A stretch of DNA of 64,000 nt, taken from assembly GCA_000004985.1 (NCBI GenBank), contig GG738917.1, one strand, 5' to 3'. This document shows, one piece after another, positions 35,201 through 45,500 of the stretch. The notes beneath the pieces were generated by a model that saw nothing but the letters and a program-made list of their open reading frames with translations, ran no database searches and had not been told where the DNA came from. Both the position numbers and the translations under genes were made by a program. Each line of letters opens with the position of its first letter. The first letter of the stretch is position 1. This stretch comes from Naegleria gruberi. Its lineage: Eukaryota.

Positions 35201-35626
35201 AATTCTTCCTCATTCAATTCATCATTTGGAGCTAATAATTCAGAGTATGGATCCTTGGTTGAAGAACCAAGAAAGATTGAAGGTGATGATAGTGAAGAAA
35301 ATAATTCTGAATGTAGTGATGTCAGCGTTATTTCAGTCTCGGCAACTCATACCACATTTGCACCTTTGGTTTCTTACTTGTTGAGTATTCAGAAATTGAG
35401 CCATACAGCCTCAACAATTGTTGGTGATAAATCACCACTTTCACAGCAAGAACAACCATCAACACCAAAACAAAAGTTTGAGGATGATGAGAGCAGTTTT
35501 GTTGGAACAACACCAACTGCAATATTTTCCTCAAATCCTTTCAATTCAAATGGATTGTGGGCAAAAGAGAGGGATTATATTCAAAGTGTTGCTTCTGAGC
35601 ATTACTTGAAGAAACATTTCTTTTAA
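32291..35626 (+). CDS. large uncharacterised protein of about 1,065 aa; 3 exons (32291-33000, 33058-33775, 33821-35626)
   Basis: Three long ORFs are joined by two phase-consistent short introns (GTAGGT..CAG, 57 nt, phase 2; GTAAGT..TTAG, 45 nt, phase 0). The ORF-track 'M' residues at 33125 and 33842 are TTG codons, not real starts. It has Ser-rich linkers and no known catalytic motif. Confidence 0.5.
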
Positions 35627-35635
35627 TAAATCGTC

Positions 35636-37066
35636 TTAATTAATGTTAAAACAAAAACTTGGAAATGATTTTTGAATACATTCGGTACATGTTTCATGAT
35701 ATGATGTTCCACCATTAATTATTAGGCAACCCAACTTGCCTTGTGAGAGCAGACAAATAAAGCTACCTTCTGAGCTGACATTAATATTTTCAATATTAAT
35801 CTTTTCCTTGATATTGTCGACCAGTTGACCGGTTAATTTGATATTTTCAATTTCTAAATGTGTTATAAAGGTATTACCAAGAAGGGCATCTAAATATTTG
35901 GTAGGCATGGAGGGATGGTAAAAGTTGAGGGAAAGTTTCAAATGTTTGACTGGAAGTTTTGAAATTTGATTCAGGTATTCATCAGAAATTACAAACTTCT
36001 CTTGCATACCTATTGTGAGGGAAGGTAGAATCCAGTCAGGTGAATTAATTTTTTTCAGATCTTTAAATAGTTCAATCAGATATTTGGAATGAACTTCTTC
36101 TACGAATGAAATTTCTCGAGCAGCTTTCAGTATGGTTTCACCACTTGAATTAACAGAGTGTTCCATATTAACTGGAAGAGTTAAACTCAATTTAAGTCTA
36201 TTACTATGTTTGAGAATATTATTAACGCAGCCCAAGTCTGCAAGATAGTCATCAAGATATGATATATCAATAAATGAAGGAGGTTTGAATGATAGTAAAT
36301 GTACTCCAAATACTGGAAAACTCTTCCAACACATTCTATCATGTTCTGAATATGTATAATGTTTTACCAAACTTATTATCTTGTTATGTTTTTTTCCGAA
36401 TGCAAATTTTATCAACTTGGAACATAATTTTTCATGGAAAGGTTCTGTATCATAAAAAGGATTGAATTCTTCATCATCTTGATCATTATTTTTGATAAAT
36501 ATTTTCACTGTATCATTCCATATTTTTCTAAAAACTGGAAACTCAAATCTAACATTTTTAATATCGAATACAGAAGCAGATGGTGAAAATTGATGAGCTC
36601 CTGCTGAAGTAGGTGATGCTGGTGATGAAACTCTTGATGATGGCAGTAAATTGACATATTGGCTCTCCTTGATGGAATTATTACTCGATAAAAACACTCC
36701 ACTTCCAATTTCTTCATCATGATGTTGATTATTCGAAACTCCACTATTTCTATTTCTCCTTATATTACTCTTATATTTAGTAAAAATTGATTTTTGCAGT
36801 AAAATACTCGGTGTTTCTTGTTCTCCTAGGAAATCACAAAACTCAAATATATATTGAATAGTATCAATTGTTAATAGTTTCTTACAACATTCGGCTAACA
36901 CTGCAACATCTGACAAATCCCTCTTATCTTTAGGTGATGGAGGAACTGGTTTAGTTTTCTTATTGTTTGATCCATTATTATTATTATTGGGTGATGAAGA
37001 TAATTCAACTGCAGATGGTGGTGTTGGTTCCTCATTATTTCGAATACAAATACAACTAAATCCCAT
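35636..37066 (-). CDS. hypothetical protein with N-terminal MGxxC acylation motif and leucine-rich C-terminal region
   Basis: 476-aa single ORF. The N-terminus is MGFSCICIRNNEEP (Gly2/Cys, candidate myristoyl/palmitoyl site), followed by a poly-Asn stretch. The C-terminus has LxxLxL-type repeats (KHLKLSLNFY..., HLEIENIKLTGQL...). Confidence 0.4.
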   Translation of the reverse strand: MGFSCICIRNNEEPTPPSAVELSSSPNNNNNGSNNKKTKPVPPSPKDKRDLSDVAVLAECCKKLLTIDTIQYIFEFCDFLGEQETPSILLQKSIFTKYKSNIRRNRNSGVSNNQHHDEEIGSGVFLSSNNSIKESQYVNLLPSSRVSSPASPTSAGAHQFSPSASVFDIKNVRFEFPVFRKIWNDTVKIFIKNNDQDDEEFNPFYDTEPFHEKLCSKLIKFAFGKKHNKIISLVKHYTYSEHDRMCWKSFPVFGVHLLSFKPPSFIDISYLDDYLADLGCVNNILKHSNRLKLSLTLPVNMEHSVNSSGETILKAAREISFVEEVHSKYLIELFKDLKKINSPDWILPSLTIGMQEKFVISDEYLNQISKLPVKHLKLSLNFYHPSMPTKYLDALLGNTFITHLEIENIKLTGQLVDNIKEKINIENINVSSEGSFICLLSQGKLGCLIINGGTSYHETCTECIQKSFPSFCFNIN

Positions 37067-37881
37067 GATAATGATGATGATTAATATATGTACTATATAG
37101 TAAAGTCAATTATAATGATGATAATGATTATTGTTATATATATATGAACAACAATAACAACAGAAGAAGAATATAGATGATGAATTTAACCGAACCTACA
37201 GCAACAATATTCGATCGAATATATATGCTTCTATTATATAATGATTACTAGTTGTTGGTTATTGTTTCAACAATTTTTCTGCTGCCTATGAAGATAATGA
37301 AAAAAACCTTTGATCTTCAAAGCCTTTTTGTTATTGTAGATTTTTCTCCTTTCGTGGTTGGCGGGAAAAGTTGTGGCCTTTTTTTCAAAGAGAGAAAAAT
37401 GTAAAATTTTTTGACGCTGCGATTTTTCCCAGAACTTGGTTTCGAATTGTTGTGTGGCTTTAGAATTTGATGAAGATTATTGGAAACTAACAACCAACTG
37501 CTACTGGATAGAAGAGATGTTGATGGGTTGGAGTGTGGAGTGTGTGAAGGAGTTGATGGACTGTTTTTTTACACTAAACACTTGAAAATTACAACCAATG
37601 TTTACAATGGCTAAATTGTGTGCATAGGAGGATTCGTCCAACAGAATTTTTACCCCATGAGAATGGATGTTGTGGTTTAATTTATCCTCATTGGTTGACT
37701 TTCCAAGAAAATGCACGTGACATGTTGGAATGGACTTGTGAAACGTGATTACATTTCGAATATTATTCGAAAGTGGTCATGACAAAGATTTTTAACAAGA
37801 TTCAAATTATTCATTTACAAGTCACACAAAATATTGATAATATTTTAAATATTCACACTTTCGAATAAGTTAAATAAAAAA

Positions 37882-38976
37882 TTAGAAACATTTTCTATGA
37901 ACAACACATGGTCCTACTTCCTCATATTGATCCTTACTGATTGCCAAATTTTCAAATGTTGATAAACTTCCAAGAATGCTAGCTCCAATGAAGGTCGATA
38001 TTTTCCTCTCACTAGGAGCATCCACTCTAACATTTGCACTCACAGGAGATAATGCAAAAAGTTCATGATGCAAACGATCTTCAATTCCTGGGAATAAGGA
38101 ACTTGCACCACTGAGTAGAACTCTTGAATAATAGTGGATTCTATGGAGGTCAATATCTAGTTTCATGATGGAGTTGTGGATGGCAGTGCTAAGATTTGTT
38201 TGTTCAATTTCATAGAGTTGAGGATGGAAATAAAGTTCTGGAGCTTGAAATCTTTCCTTTCCAATATCCAATTTAGTCTTGTCAGGTAATTCAAAATTAA
38301 ATGATTCCATTTCTTGGTCATAATCTTTGGCAACATAACATTTCTTTTCTTTCAAATCTCTAACAATCTCCTTCTCAGCAAATGATTCCACACCATGTCC
38401 ATTCAATTTCACTAAATTAATTAAATAATCAGTGATGTGTCTTCCACCCAATTCAATTGTTGAGCTAGCATATGGTAAAGCATTTCCTTCAAACATTGGA
38501 ACAATTTGAGTTTCTTCCTCTCCCATATTAACAACCACAGCATTTAATTTTCCAGAAGCAAAAGCACTCAATACCGAATCATTGGCCAAATAAAAACTTG
38601 GAGCATTGAAAGTTTCGAACATGATTTGTGTAATTTTTTCTCTTTCCTCTTTTGGAGTATTTAAATGTTCTGTTAAAATAATTGGAGCTTCCTCGGGAGC
38701 AACTCGTAGAGCTTCATAAAAAGTGAAGTGCCAAATATTTTCCATATAATCCCAGTTACTGATTCGTCTATTTTCGAATGGACTTTTATTATCCAATTCA
38801 CTCGAAAATCTTCCAATAATAAATTCTTTTTCAGTGGAACTACCAATTAGAGGACGTGCTGGATTTCTTGCAATGGTTGTGGGAAAGACTTCCTTTGGTG
38901 CATCTTCACCAGAAAAACCTGCTTTAATGGCATAGGAGCCATTATCAATGACAATGGCGGGTGTGAGTTCTGACAT
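37882..38976 (-). CDS. actin-related/actin-like protein (divergent actin-family member)
   Basis: Strong actin-fold similarity throughout (AIVIDNGSYAIKAGFSGEDAPKEVFP...; WHFTFYEALRVAPEE.PIILTE...; KEKKCYVA.D...; C-terminal ILGSLSTFENLAISKDQYEEVGPCVVHRKCF, cf. actin ...[32 protein letters not shown]). The start is taken as the internal MSELTPAIV; the upstream part of ORF 37882-39126 is read-through. Confidence 0.75.
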   Translation of the reverse strand: MSELTPAIVIDNGSYAIKAGFSGEDAPKEVFPTTIARNPARPLIGSSTEKEFIIGRFSSELDNKSPFENRRISNWDYMENIWHFTFYEALRVAPEEAPIILTEHLNTPKEEREKITQIMFETFNAPSFYLANDSVLSAFASGKLNAVVVNMGEEETQIVPMFEGNALPYASSTIELGGRHITDYLINLVKLNGHGVESFAEKEIVRDLKEKKCYVAKDYDQEMESFNFELPDKTKLDIGKERFQAPELYFHPQLYEIEQTNLSTAIHNSIMKLDIDLHRIHYYSRVLLSGASSLFPGIEDRLHHELFALSPVSANVRVDAPSERKISTFIGASILGSLSTFENLAISKDQYEEVGPCVVHRKCF

Positions 38977-39388
38977 TTTTTTTTGATTGTGAACTTTGTC
39001 ATGACAGGTTAAATAAACAACTAAAACATTGCAGACAATAGCATGTATTCCGATGTTGTCATCACATTGAATTATCTTTTCATTTTGTTTTGTATATTTT
39101 TTATTTCTGATTAAATACATATGCAATCAATCAAATTGTAAAGTATTAATAGATTAATTATTATTGTAAAGTTGTGTTTGATTTCACCATTTTGAAAGGA
39201 ATGACCTTTGAAAATCGTAACATTTTAACGAAACTAGCAATGAACACACTTTGAACTCGCTCTATTTGTTTGAAAATTTAATTATGTGGACACACCTTAT
39301 GGAAATTATTATCCTCCCGTTGTAATCTCACAATCTTTAATAAAGAGACAACCACAAAATCTGTTCTCAGAAAAACCATTGAAAAAAA

Positions 39389-39793
39389 ATGAAAACAACT
39401 CAAATCTTATTGATTGCTATTCTTGTTTCCTGTATGGTTATTTCCTACACTCAAGCATCTTCTCCAGGTTGGTTGATTAATAGAAGATACAAGGAAGAAT
39501 CTGATTATGCTGATGAATTGGCAGATGCTTTGGTTGATGTAATCCTTTCTGATAAGGTTGCACATGAAGTTAAACCAAATAATGCTGGAAAGTACAATCC
39601 TGATGAAATCTTTTATAAGAAAAGAACTAGAGCATTGGCTGATAGATTGATTGAACATATTTACACCACTTTTGATGAACCAACTCCTACTCGTCCATCA
39701 AAGAGATTCATTCGTGAAATGGCCGATAAAATAGCCTATGAAATTAAGGCAAATAACGCTGGAAAGTATAATCCAGATAGACCAGTAAAATAA
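39389..39793 (+). CDS. small secreted protein with internal tandem repeat (possible propeptide/peptide precursor)
   Basis: Signal peptide MKTTQILLIAILVSCMVISYTQA. Two copies of a [LM]AD.[LI]...I...KVAHEVKPNNAGKYNPDE / ADKIAYEIKANNAGKYNPDRP unit are separated by basic sites (KKRTR, KRFIR). Confidence 0.45.
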   Translation: MKTTQILLIAILVSCMVISYTQASSPGWLINRRYKEESDYADELADALVDVILSDKVAHEVKPNNAGKYNPDEIFYKKRTRALADRLIEHIYTTFDEPTPTRPSKRFIREMADKIAYEIKANNAGKYNPDRPVK

Positions 39794-39830
39794 ACCATGT
39801 TTGTTTACCATTTACGTTTTTGAATGTAAA

Positions 39831-39917
39831 CCGATGATAGCTCAGCTGGTAGAGCATGGGACTGTAGCAAGAAAAACTGTCATCCTGTGGTCGGCGGTTC
39901 GATTCCGTCTCATCGGA
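39831..39917 (+). tRNA. tRNA-Tyr (anticodon GUA) with a 14-nt intron 3' of position 37
   Basis: Acceptor CCGATGA/TCATCGG (perfect 7 bp), D-arm GCTC-AGCTGGTA-GAGC, anticodon region GGGA-CTGTAG with intron CAAGAAAAACTGTC then ATCCTG, T-arm GGCGG-TTCGATT-CCGTC and discriminator A. Canonical eukaryotic tRNA-Tyr introns interrupt at this position. Confidence 0.8.
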
Positions 39918-40197
39918 TAGTTTTGCCCATGTTATTATTGTTTAAGGATACAAATTCTCAATCAACAAATCAAATTCCTTTGGATATGAAGATGAATGAA
40001 CACATTTATTCCATGTTGTGAACAAGAAGCTTAAATCCCAGGGATTATCTTTGTTTTTCATCAGCATTAAAAAAATGGAATCACAACCAACCTTCATTGA
40101 TCAACCTTTGGGCAAGTGTTTAGACAGTATTTCATCAACCATAGATGATGAATTTTACTTGGTTGACTTGTCCAAATTAATCAATTAAATCAGAAAA

Positions 40198-41125
40198 TTG
40201 ATGATGAAAAAAGACCCATTCGTGCCTCCTTTTCAACACTATTCAGAACATCTCATTCCTATCCAATTGTCTACATTGGTTTCATGGAATTCTCTGAATG
40301 CTCTCTTTTATAATGATAAGATATTTCTCTATGATTTGGAATGTGGAAAGTTTGTTAGTGAAAAGCCAATAATCTTTTCGTCAAGTGATGATAGCTTCTC
40401 TTTCTCTGGCTATTGCTATGATGATAAGTGTCAAATTATTCCATTCTTGGAAGGATTGAGATTAAGAGTGTTCATTCTTAGAAATTGCAAACTTTACGAA
40501 TTGGTTTGGAAAGAGGAAGGTAATAAGATAAAACTAATTAGACACTTAGATTGGATCTCACATATTGAATTGGTTGTAAGACTGGATAATTTTGGGTTAT
40601 TGATTAATGACTTTGAAGATTCTGTTATGTTTACAATCCACAACCTTTCAACTCTTCCAATCAAAAGGAAGAAGGAGAGTTAAGGCATATTCCAAATGTA
40701 CATTCTAATAATTTATTATATGCTCCAAAACAATTGTTTCTAAGGAAAGAAATGAATATCAAAAGGTTTTGACCATTTCTGATATTGAGCAAATCATCCC
40801 TCAAAAAATCAAAGACATTTTCAATGAAGAGGACTTTTTGGAAAGGTTAAGGAAAGATCAGGAATATAGTCTTTATATCCCAAGATTAATTACAGATGCT
40901 ATGATTCCTATCACTGTGGATAATCAACGAATCACCCAAGCATACCAAGTTCAAGAAGGTAGATATAATGATGTTGAAATAGTGGCAGGATTGAGGTGTA
41001 GAAACCATTTGGACAGCAAGCTCTCTGAAATTATCGCAAAAGATTACATTGAACTCGATCCAGAAGATTTCTCCAATTATCTTGGGTCTGCCATCATATC
41101 TTGGAGACAACATGTTGATATATAA
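40198..41125 (+). CDS. hypothetical protein(s): ORFs 40198-40683 and 40769-41125, possibly exons of one gene
   Basis: Coding-like composition with no recognisable domains. An additional in-frame upstream ATG segment lies at about 40075. The relationship between the ORFs is unresolved. Confidence 0.25.
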
Positions 41126-41412
41126 TAACCATATTGTGGATATGAAGGACTGTAGGAAATCCTCCAAGTTACTTCAGGTAGCTCACATAGGATTGGGATC
41201 TATTTATTCAAGTATTGATTTGAAAAAAGTTGAATTTATTGGAATATTATCATGTAAGGAGCCAAATGAAACGGAACAATGAATGTGGCTGTTCCTTTTT
41301 ATTTACGAGATCTCAAAATGGACATGTTGATTTTAACTTTTTTCCATATTTGGACATTTTCTGTTTTTGTTTACTATTGTTTTGTTTGGTTTCAATTTCC
41401 AAAGTAAAAAAA

Positions 41413-41880
41413 ATGATCAATACTCAAACTAATGACATTCTCGCACCACCAACTCAACTAATTTTCATTCAATATTTATCCTTTCTTATGGATAGTTCCT
41501 TTCACATCACCATTCCTATTATTCGAAAGCGAATTTCATTTGGTTTTGATCCAATTTTCGGTTTCGTCCCATTCGTTGGAGATTTCATATCCTTTGGTGT
41601 CTCTTGTCTAATTCTTATCATGATTTGGCGACATGGAATGTCATTTTCCATTCTATGTAGAATGGGAGTCAACATTGTACTCGATTTTCTAATAGGATGT
41701 ATTCCAATTATTGGAACAATATTTGATTTCTTCTTCAAAGCCAACAAGAGAAATTGGAAAATGCTCTGCAAATATTACAACTTTGATCCAGAAATGTATA
41801 AATTCAAGAAAGATTTTGTCGACTTGTATCGTGAATATAGAAAGAAACAACTTAACATTAATCCTCAATCAACTGTTTGA
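41413..41880 (+). CDS. DUF4112 family small membrane protein
   Basis: AAAAATG start at 41413. The motif ...FGFDPIFGFVPFVGDFISFGVSCLILIMIW... (paired G-x-[IV]-P-x-x-GD glycine-zipper TM hairpin) is characteristic of DUF4112. Confidence 0.5.
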   Translation: MINTQTNDILAPPTQLIFIQYLSFLMDSSFHITIPIIRKRISFGFDPIFGFVPFVGDFISFGVSCLILIMIWRHGMSFSILCRMGVNIVLDFLIGCIPIIGTIFDFFFKANKRNWKMLCKYYNFDPEMYKFKKDFVDLYREYRKKQLNINPQSTV

Positions 41881-42037
41881 GTAATATGAAATTAAACTAA
41901 TTCAACTTCATTAATTGAGAATCTCCATAATTTGTCCACAACCAATCCAATTTCACACACATTATCATCACATTGTAAACCCATCTCCAACCGATAATCT
42001 CCGATCTTCGAAAATCAAAAGGAAACAACAAAAAAAA

Positions 42038-42388
42038 ATGAGCAACACATCAACAACCAACCTCGCCACACCATCATCAACAAGATATCAATCTTTTGCA
42101 GAATTTTATCCATTCTATCTTTCACAACATTCCAATCCAATTTGTAGAATTTTACACGTTGTAGGAACATTTAGTGCTGCATCAACTGGTGGTTATTTAT
42201 TATATAAAAAGAAATATCAATTGGCTCTTCCTTCCATGTTGTTGATTGGATATGGTTTAGCTTGGATTGGTCATTTCTTCTTTGAAAAGAATAGACCTGC
42301 AACATTTACATATCCACTTTGGAGTTTTATGGGTGATTGGAAAATGATGTTTGAGGTTTTGACATTCCAAAGAGGTTTAAAGGATTAA
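42038..42388 (+). CDS. DUF962/Mpo1-like membrane protein (yeast Mpo1 2-hydroxy fatty-acid dioxygenase family)
   Basis: AAAAAAAATG start at 42038. FAEFYPFYLSQHSNPICRILHVVGT...GYGLAWIGHFFFEKNRPATFTYPLWSFMGDWKMMFEVL matches DUF962 conserved His/aromatic blocks. Confidence 0.5.
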   Translation: MSNTSTTNLATPSSTRYQSFAEFYPFYLSQHSNPICRILHVVGTFSAASTGGYLLYKKKYQLALPSMLLIGYGLAWIGHFFFEKNRPATFTYPLWSFMGDWKMMFEVLTFQRGLKD

Positions 42389-42599
42389 AATTTTGTTAGA
42401 AAGTAGACGAACTTGATGATCAGCTGATTTAACAATCTCCTTCTGAACAAAATATCAATAAAAATACATATTTCATCATATCTGAATGCTGAACCAACTT
42501 TTTCACATAGTTTCTTTTTAACATACATTATCTGAAATCTGAAATATTTTTCATCATATCCTATGCTCTGCCAAGTTAAGTATCATGCTGTTGTTACTA

Positions 42600-45500
42600 C
42601 TACAATCTTTCTAATTCTTGAATTACTTGTTCTATGTTTGGTCTTTTGGACGGATAATGATTCCAACATTTGGTGATTAATTGAGTGATTGTCCAGTAGA
42701 TTTCTGCATTCTTTTCCTCATCAAATTCAATGCACCATTCTCTGCATGATTCCAAATCGTCGAATGGTATTTTTGGCCTTAAATTATCCTCACAAATAGA
42801 TCTGTGTAATAGCAATTGTGATGGATATTGATTTGGTTTTTCCATTCTTATTTTCCTTAAATAATTTTGATTGCTTGATGTGTAGGGATCGGTAGTTTCA
42901 AATAGAACTTGATATAAAATGATTGAGAAACTATAAATGTCGATGGCCTTAGCATCTGATCTTTCAATTTCCTTAATTGGCATGCTTACTTCAGGACTGT
43001 TGAAAATTAATGAACATCAATTATTATCAAATACTAACCTCATGTAATAGCATGTTCCAATGTGATTTGTGAGCGAAGAATAGGTATGCGTAGATAATAC
43101 TCTTCCCAATCCAAAATCACACAATTTACAAATGGAATGATTGTTGTGCAAGAGTACATTGGCTGGTTTTAAATCTCTGTGAACAATATAATTGGGTTGT
43201 AAATTGTGTAAATATGAAATTCCATAACAAATTTGTAGCAATAAATTCAATTTTTCTCTGATTGGACATTTCAAACTTTCATTTTGTAAATCAGACAAGA
43301 ATGATTCTAAACTTCCTTCCATACATTCCATAATAATGTATCTCTTAGTAACTCCACTAGAAATTCCATAAAAACTAATAATATTAGGGTGTCTTAATTT
43401 AGAGAGAATGGTCGCCTCTCTAAGGAAATCTTCTTCTGATATATTCATATTATTCAAATCGAATACCTTTACAGCAACTTGAATATTCTTCCAGGTTGAC
43501 TTGAAGACTGCTCCTATACCACCAGTACCCAATCTTTTGATGTTTTTATCGAGATTCAAATCTTGAAGAGGTATGAAGAATGATTCTTCCTTTTCATCTG
43601 TTAAGGAGGAGCTTGTTGAATGAGTAGTGAATGAAACATCCTCTGGTAAGAGCAATCTCTGATCCAATTGGATGTCAGTGTCAATAATTCTCTTTTGCCT
43701 ACGATATTTCGAAACAATGCAACCCAGTACAATAATAATTGCAGTAATGAAAATTATTAGAAATGAAAGAGATCCAAGAGTAGCTCCTAAAATCACATCT
43801 GAATTATCCAATTTTTGACATTGATCACCATGATAATTATTCTTACATTCACAATAGTCAGGCTCTAGGCATGTTCCTCTTCCACCACATACTGAATCAT
43901 CATTTGATGGTTTTCCAAAACAGAGTGGATATTGACATTCTCTTCCAGAATACTTTTTGGGAGTACATAAACATTGGTCCTTCTCTACACACTTTCCATT
44001 ATAAGAACCTCCACAAGAAGTGTTGGTTGGTTTTCCAAAACAAATTGGTTTTTCACAAACCATTCCAACGTAACCCTCCATGCATTTACAATTATCTGGA
44101 GAAAGACATTGACCTCTACCATTACAAACTTCTGGATTTAAACTATCCTTTCCGTAACAAAGTGGATATTTGCACTCATCTCCAATATAATTAGTACTAC
44201 AACTGCATTTGTTTGGATATAAACAATCACCATTACCTGAACATACAGAGCTATTGTAACTAGTCAATCCAAAACAAACTGGTGTACAGAGAGAGAAATT
44301 TGAATCAAGAGCGTAACCTAATGGACAACTAGGTACAAATTGTTGAATATAATTGATCTTTGCAGAATAGAGAATTCCTGTATCCTCATCCACAGTAAAA
44401 GCATGAGAGACATCCATTGCAACGGTGCGAATAGTTCCATCTTTGTGTGATATTTTCTTGACAGTATAACTGGTTATTGAAAAATAGTCAGCAAAGAAAA
44501 TATCTTCTGATTTTGTTACCTGAATGGATAGTGGATAGGTGAGTTGGGCATCTGTGGCCTTGATTCCATCCGCAATTATATTGCCACCTCCTGCAATGGT
44601 AGTAACGTATCCATTCGAAACCTTTCTTATTAGTCTATTACCAGTATCACCTATTTTCCAATATTATTAAATCTGGTATCGAGTAATTACTTACAGAAAT
44701 AAAAATCATTCTCATTAAGAGATGAAACTGCCATATTGGATGGCAAATTCAATAGGGCATCTTCATTTCTGACCTTATTTCCATTAAATCCAAATCCTTT
44801 TCCAACAATTGTACTAACTATTCCTTCAATACTAATTTTTCTAATGAGGTGGTTATAAAAATCTGCAAATATAATTTCTCCTTTTGAATTTGAAAAAGCT
44901 CCTCCTACCTTAGCAACAGCATCCAATGATTTTCCATAATCACCTATACCTCCTGCTACAGTAAGTGCTGAAAATGCTAGACTTCTTAAATCTAGGGATA
45001 ATAATCTCACTCTATTATTTGAACTATCTGAAATGTATATAGAATCTGAGTCTATGAACAATCCTTTAGGATTGAAAAACTTAATATTGTATGATGTAGA
45101 AGAATCTCCATTGTAGCCACTCTCTCCCGTTCCAATTACCATTGTTCTACCAGTAGTTGGGCTATATGAAATAATCCTTGAATTGTAAGAGTCAGCAATA
45201 ACTATTGCACTGCCATCCACTACAACTGCATGAGGATAAGATAATGATTTTAGATTCAAAAGCACTGATTTACCAGAATTAGCTCCAAATACAGTAGTTA
45301 ATTGATTGGTTATTAAATTGAAACGCTTGATTTTGTGATTGTTTGTATCGGCAATCATCAAATCAGGATAATTAACATGAATACCTTTTGGTGAATTCAA
45401 TTCTATTTCAGTAAGATCATTACTCTGTACAGTATCACCAGGAGTTCCAACACCTACAATGTTTAACAGCTTTGGATTAAGAAAGGTAGTTGCAACAATT

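Noticed and set aside
37185-37215. CCTACAGCAA, a 10/11 match to the dictyostelid class I ncRNA motif CCTTACAGCAA, in the spacer between the 35636 gene and the actin-related gene
   Set aside because: It is embedded in CAACAA low-complexity sequence. No DUSE-like element lies about 60 bp upstream, and no flanking terminal stem is present. Most likely chance.
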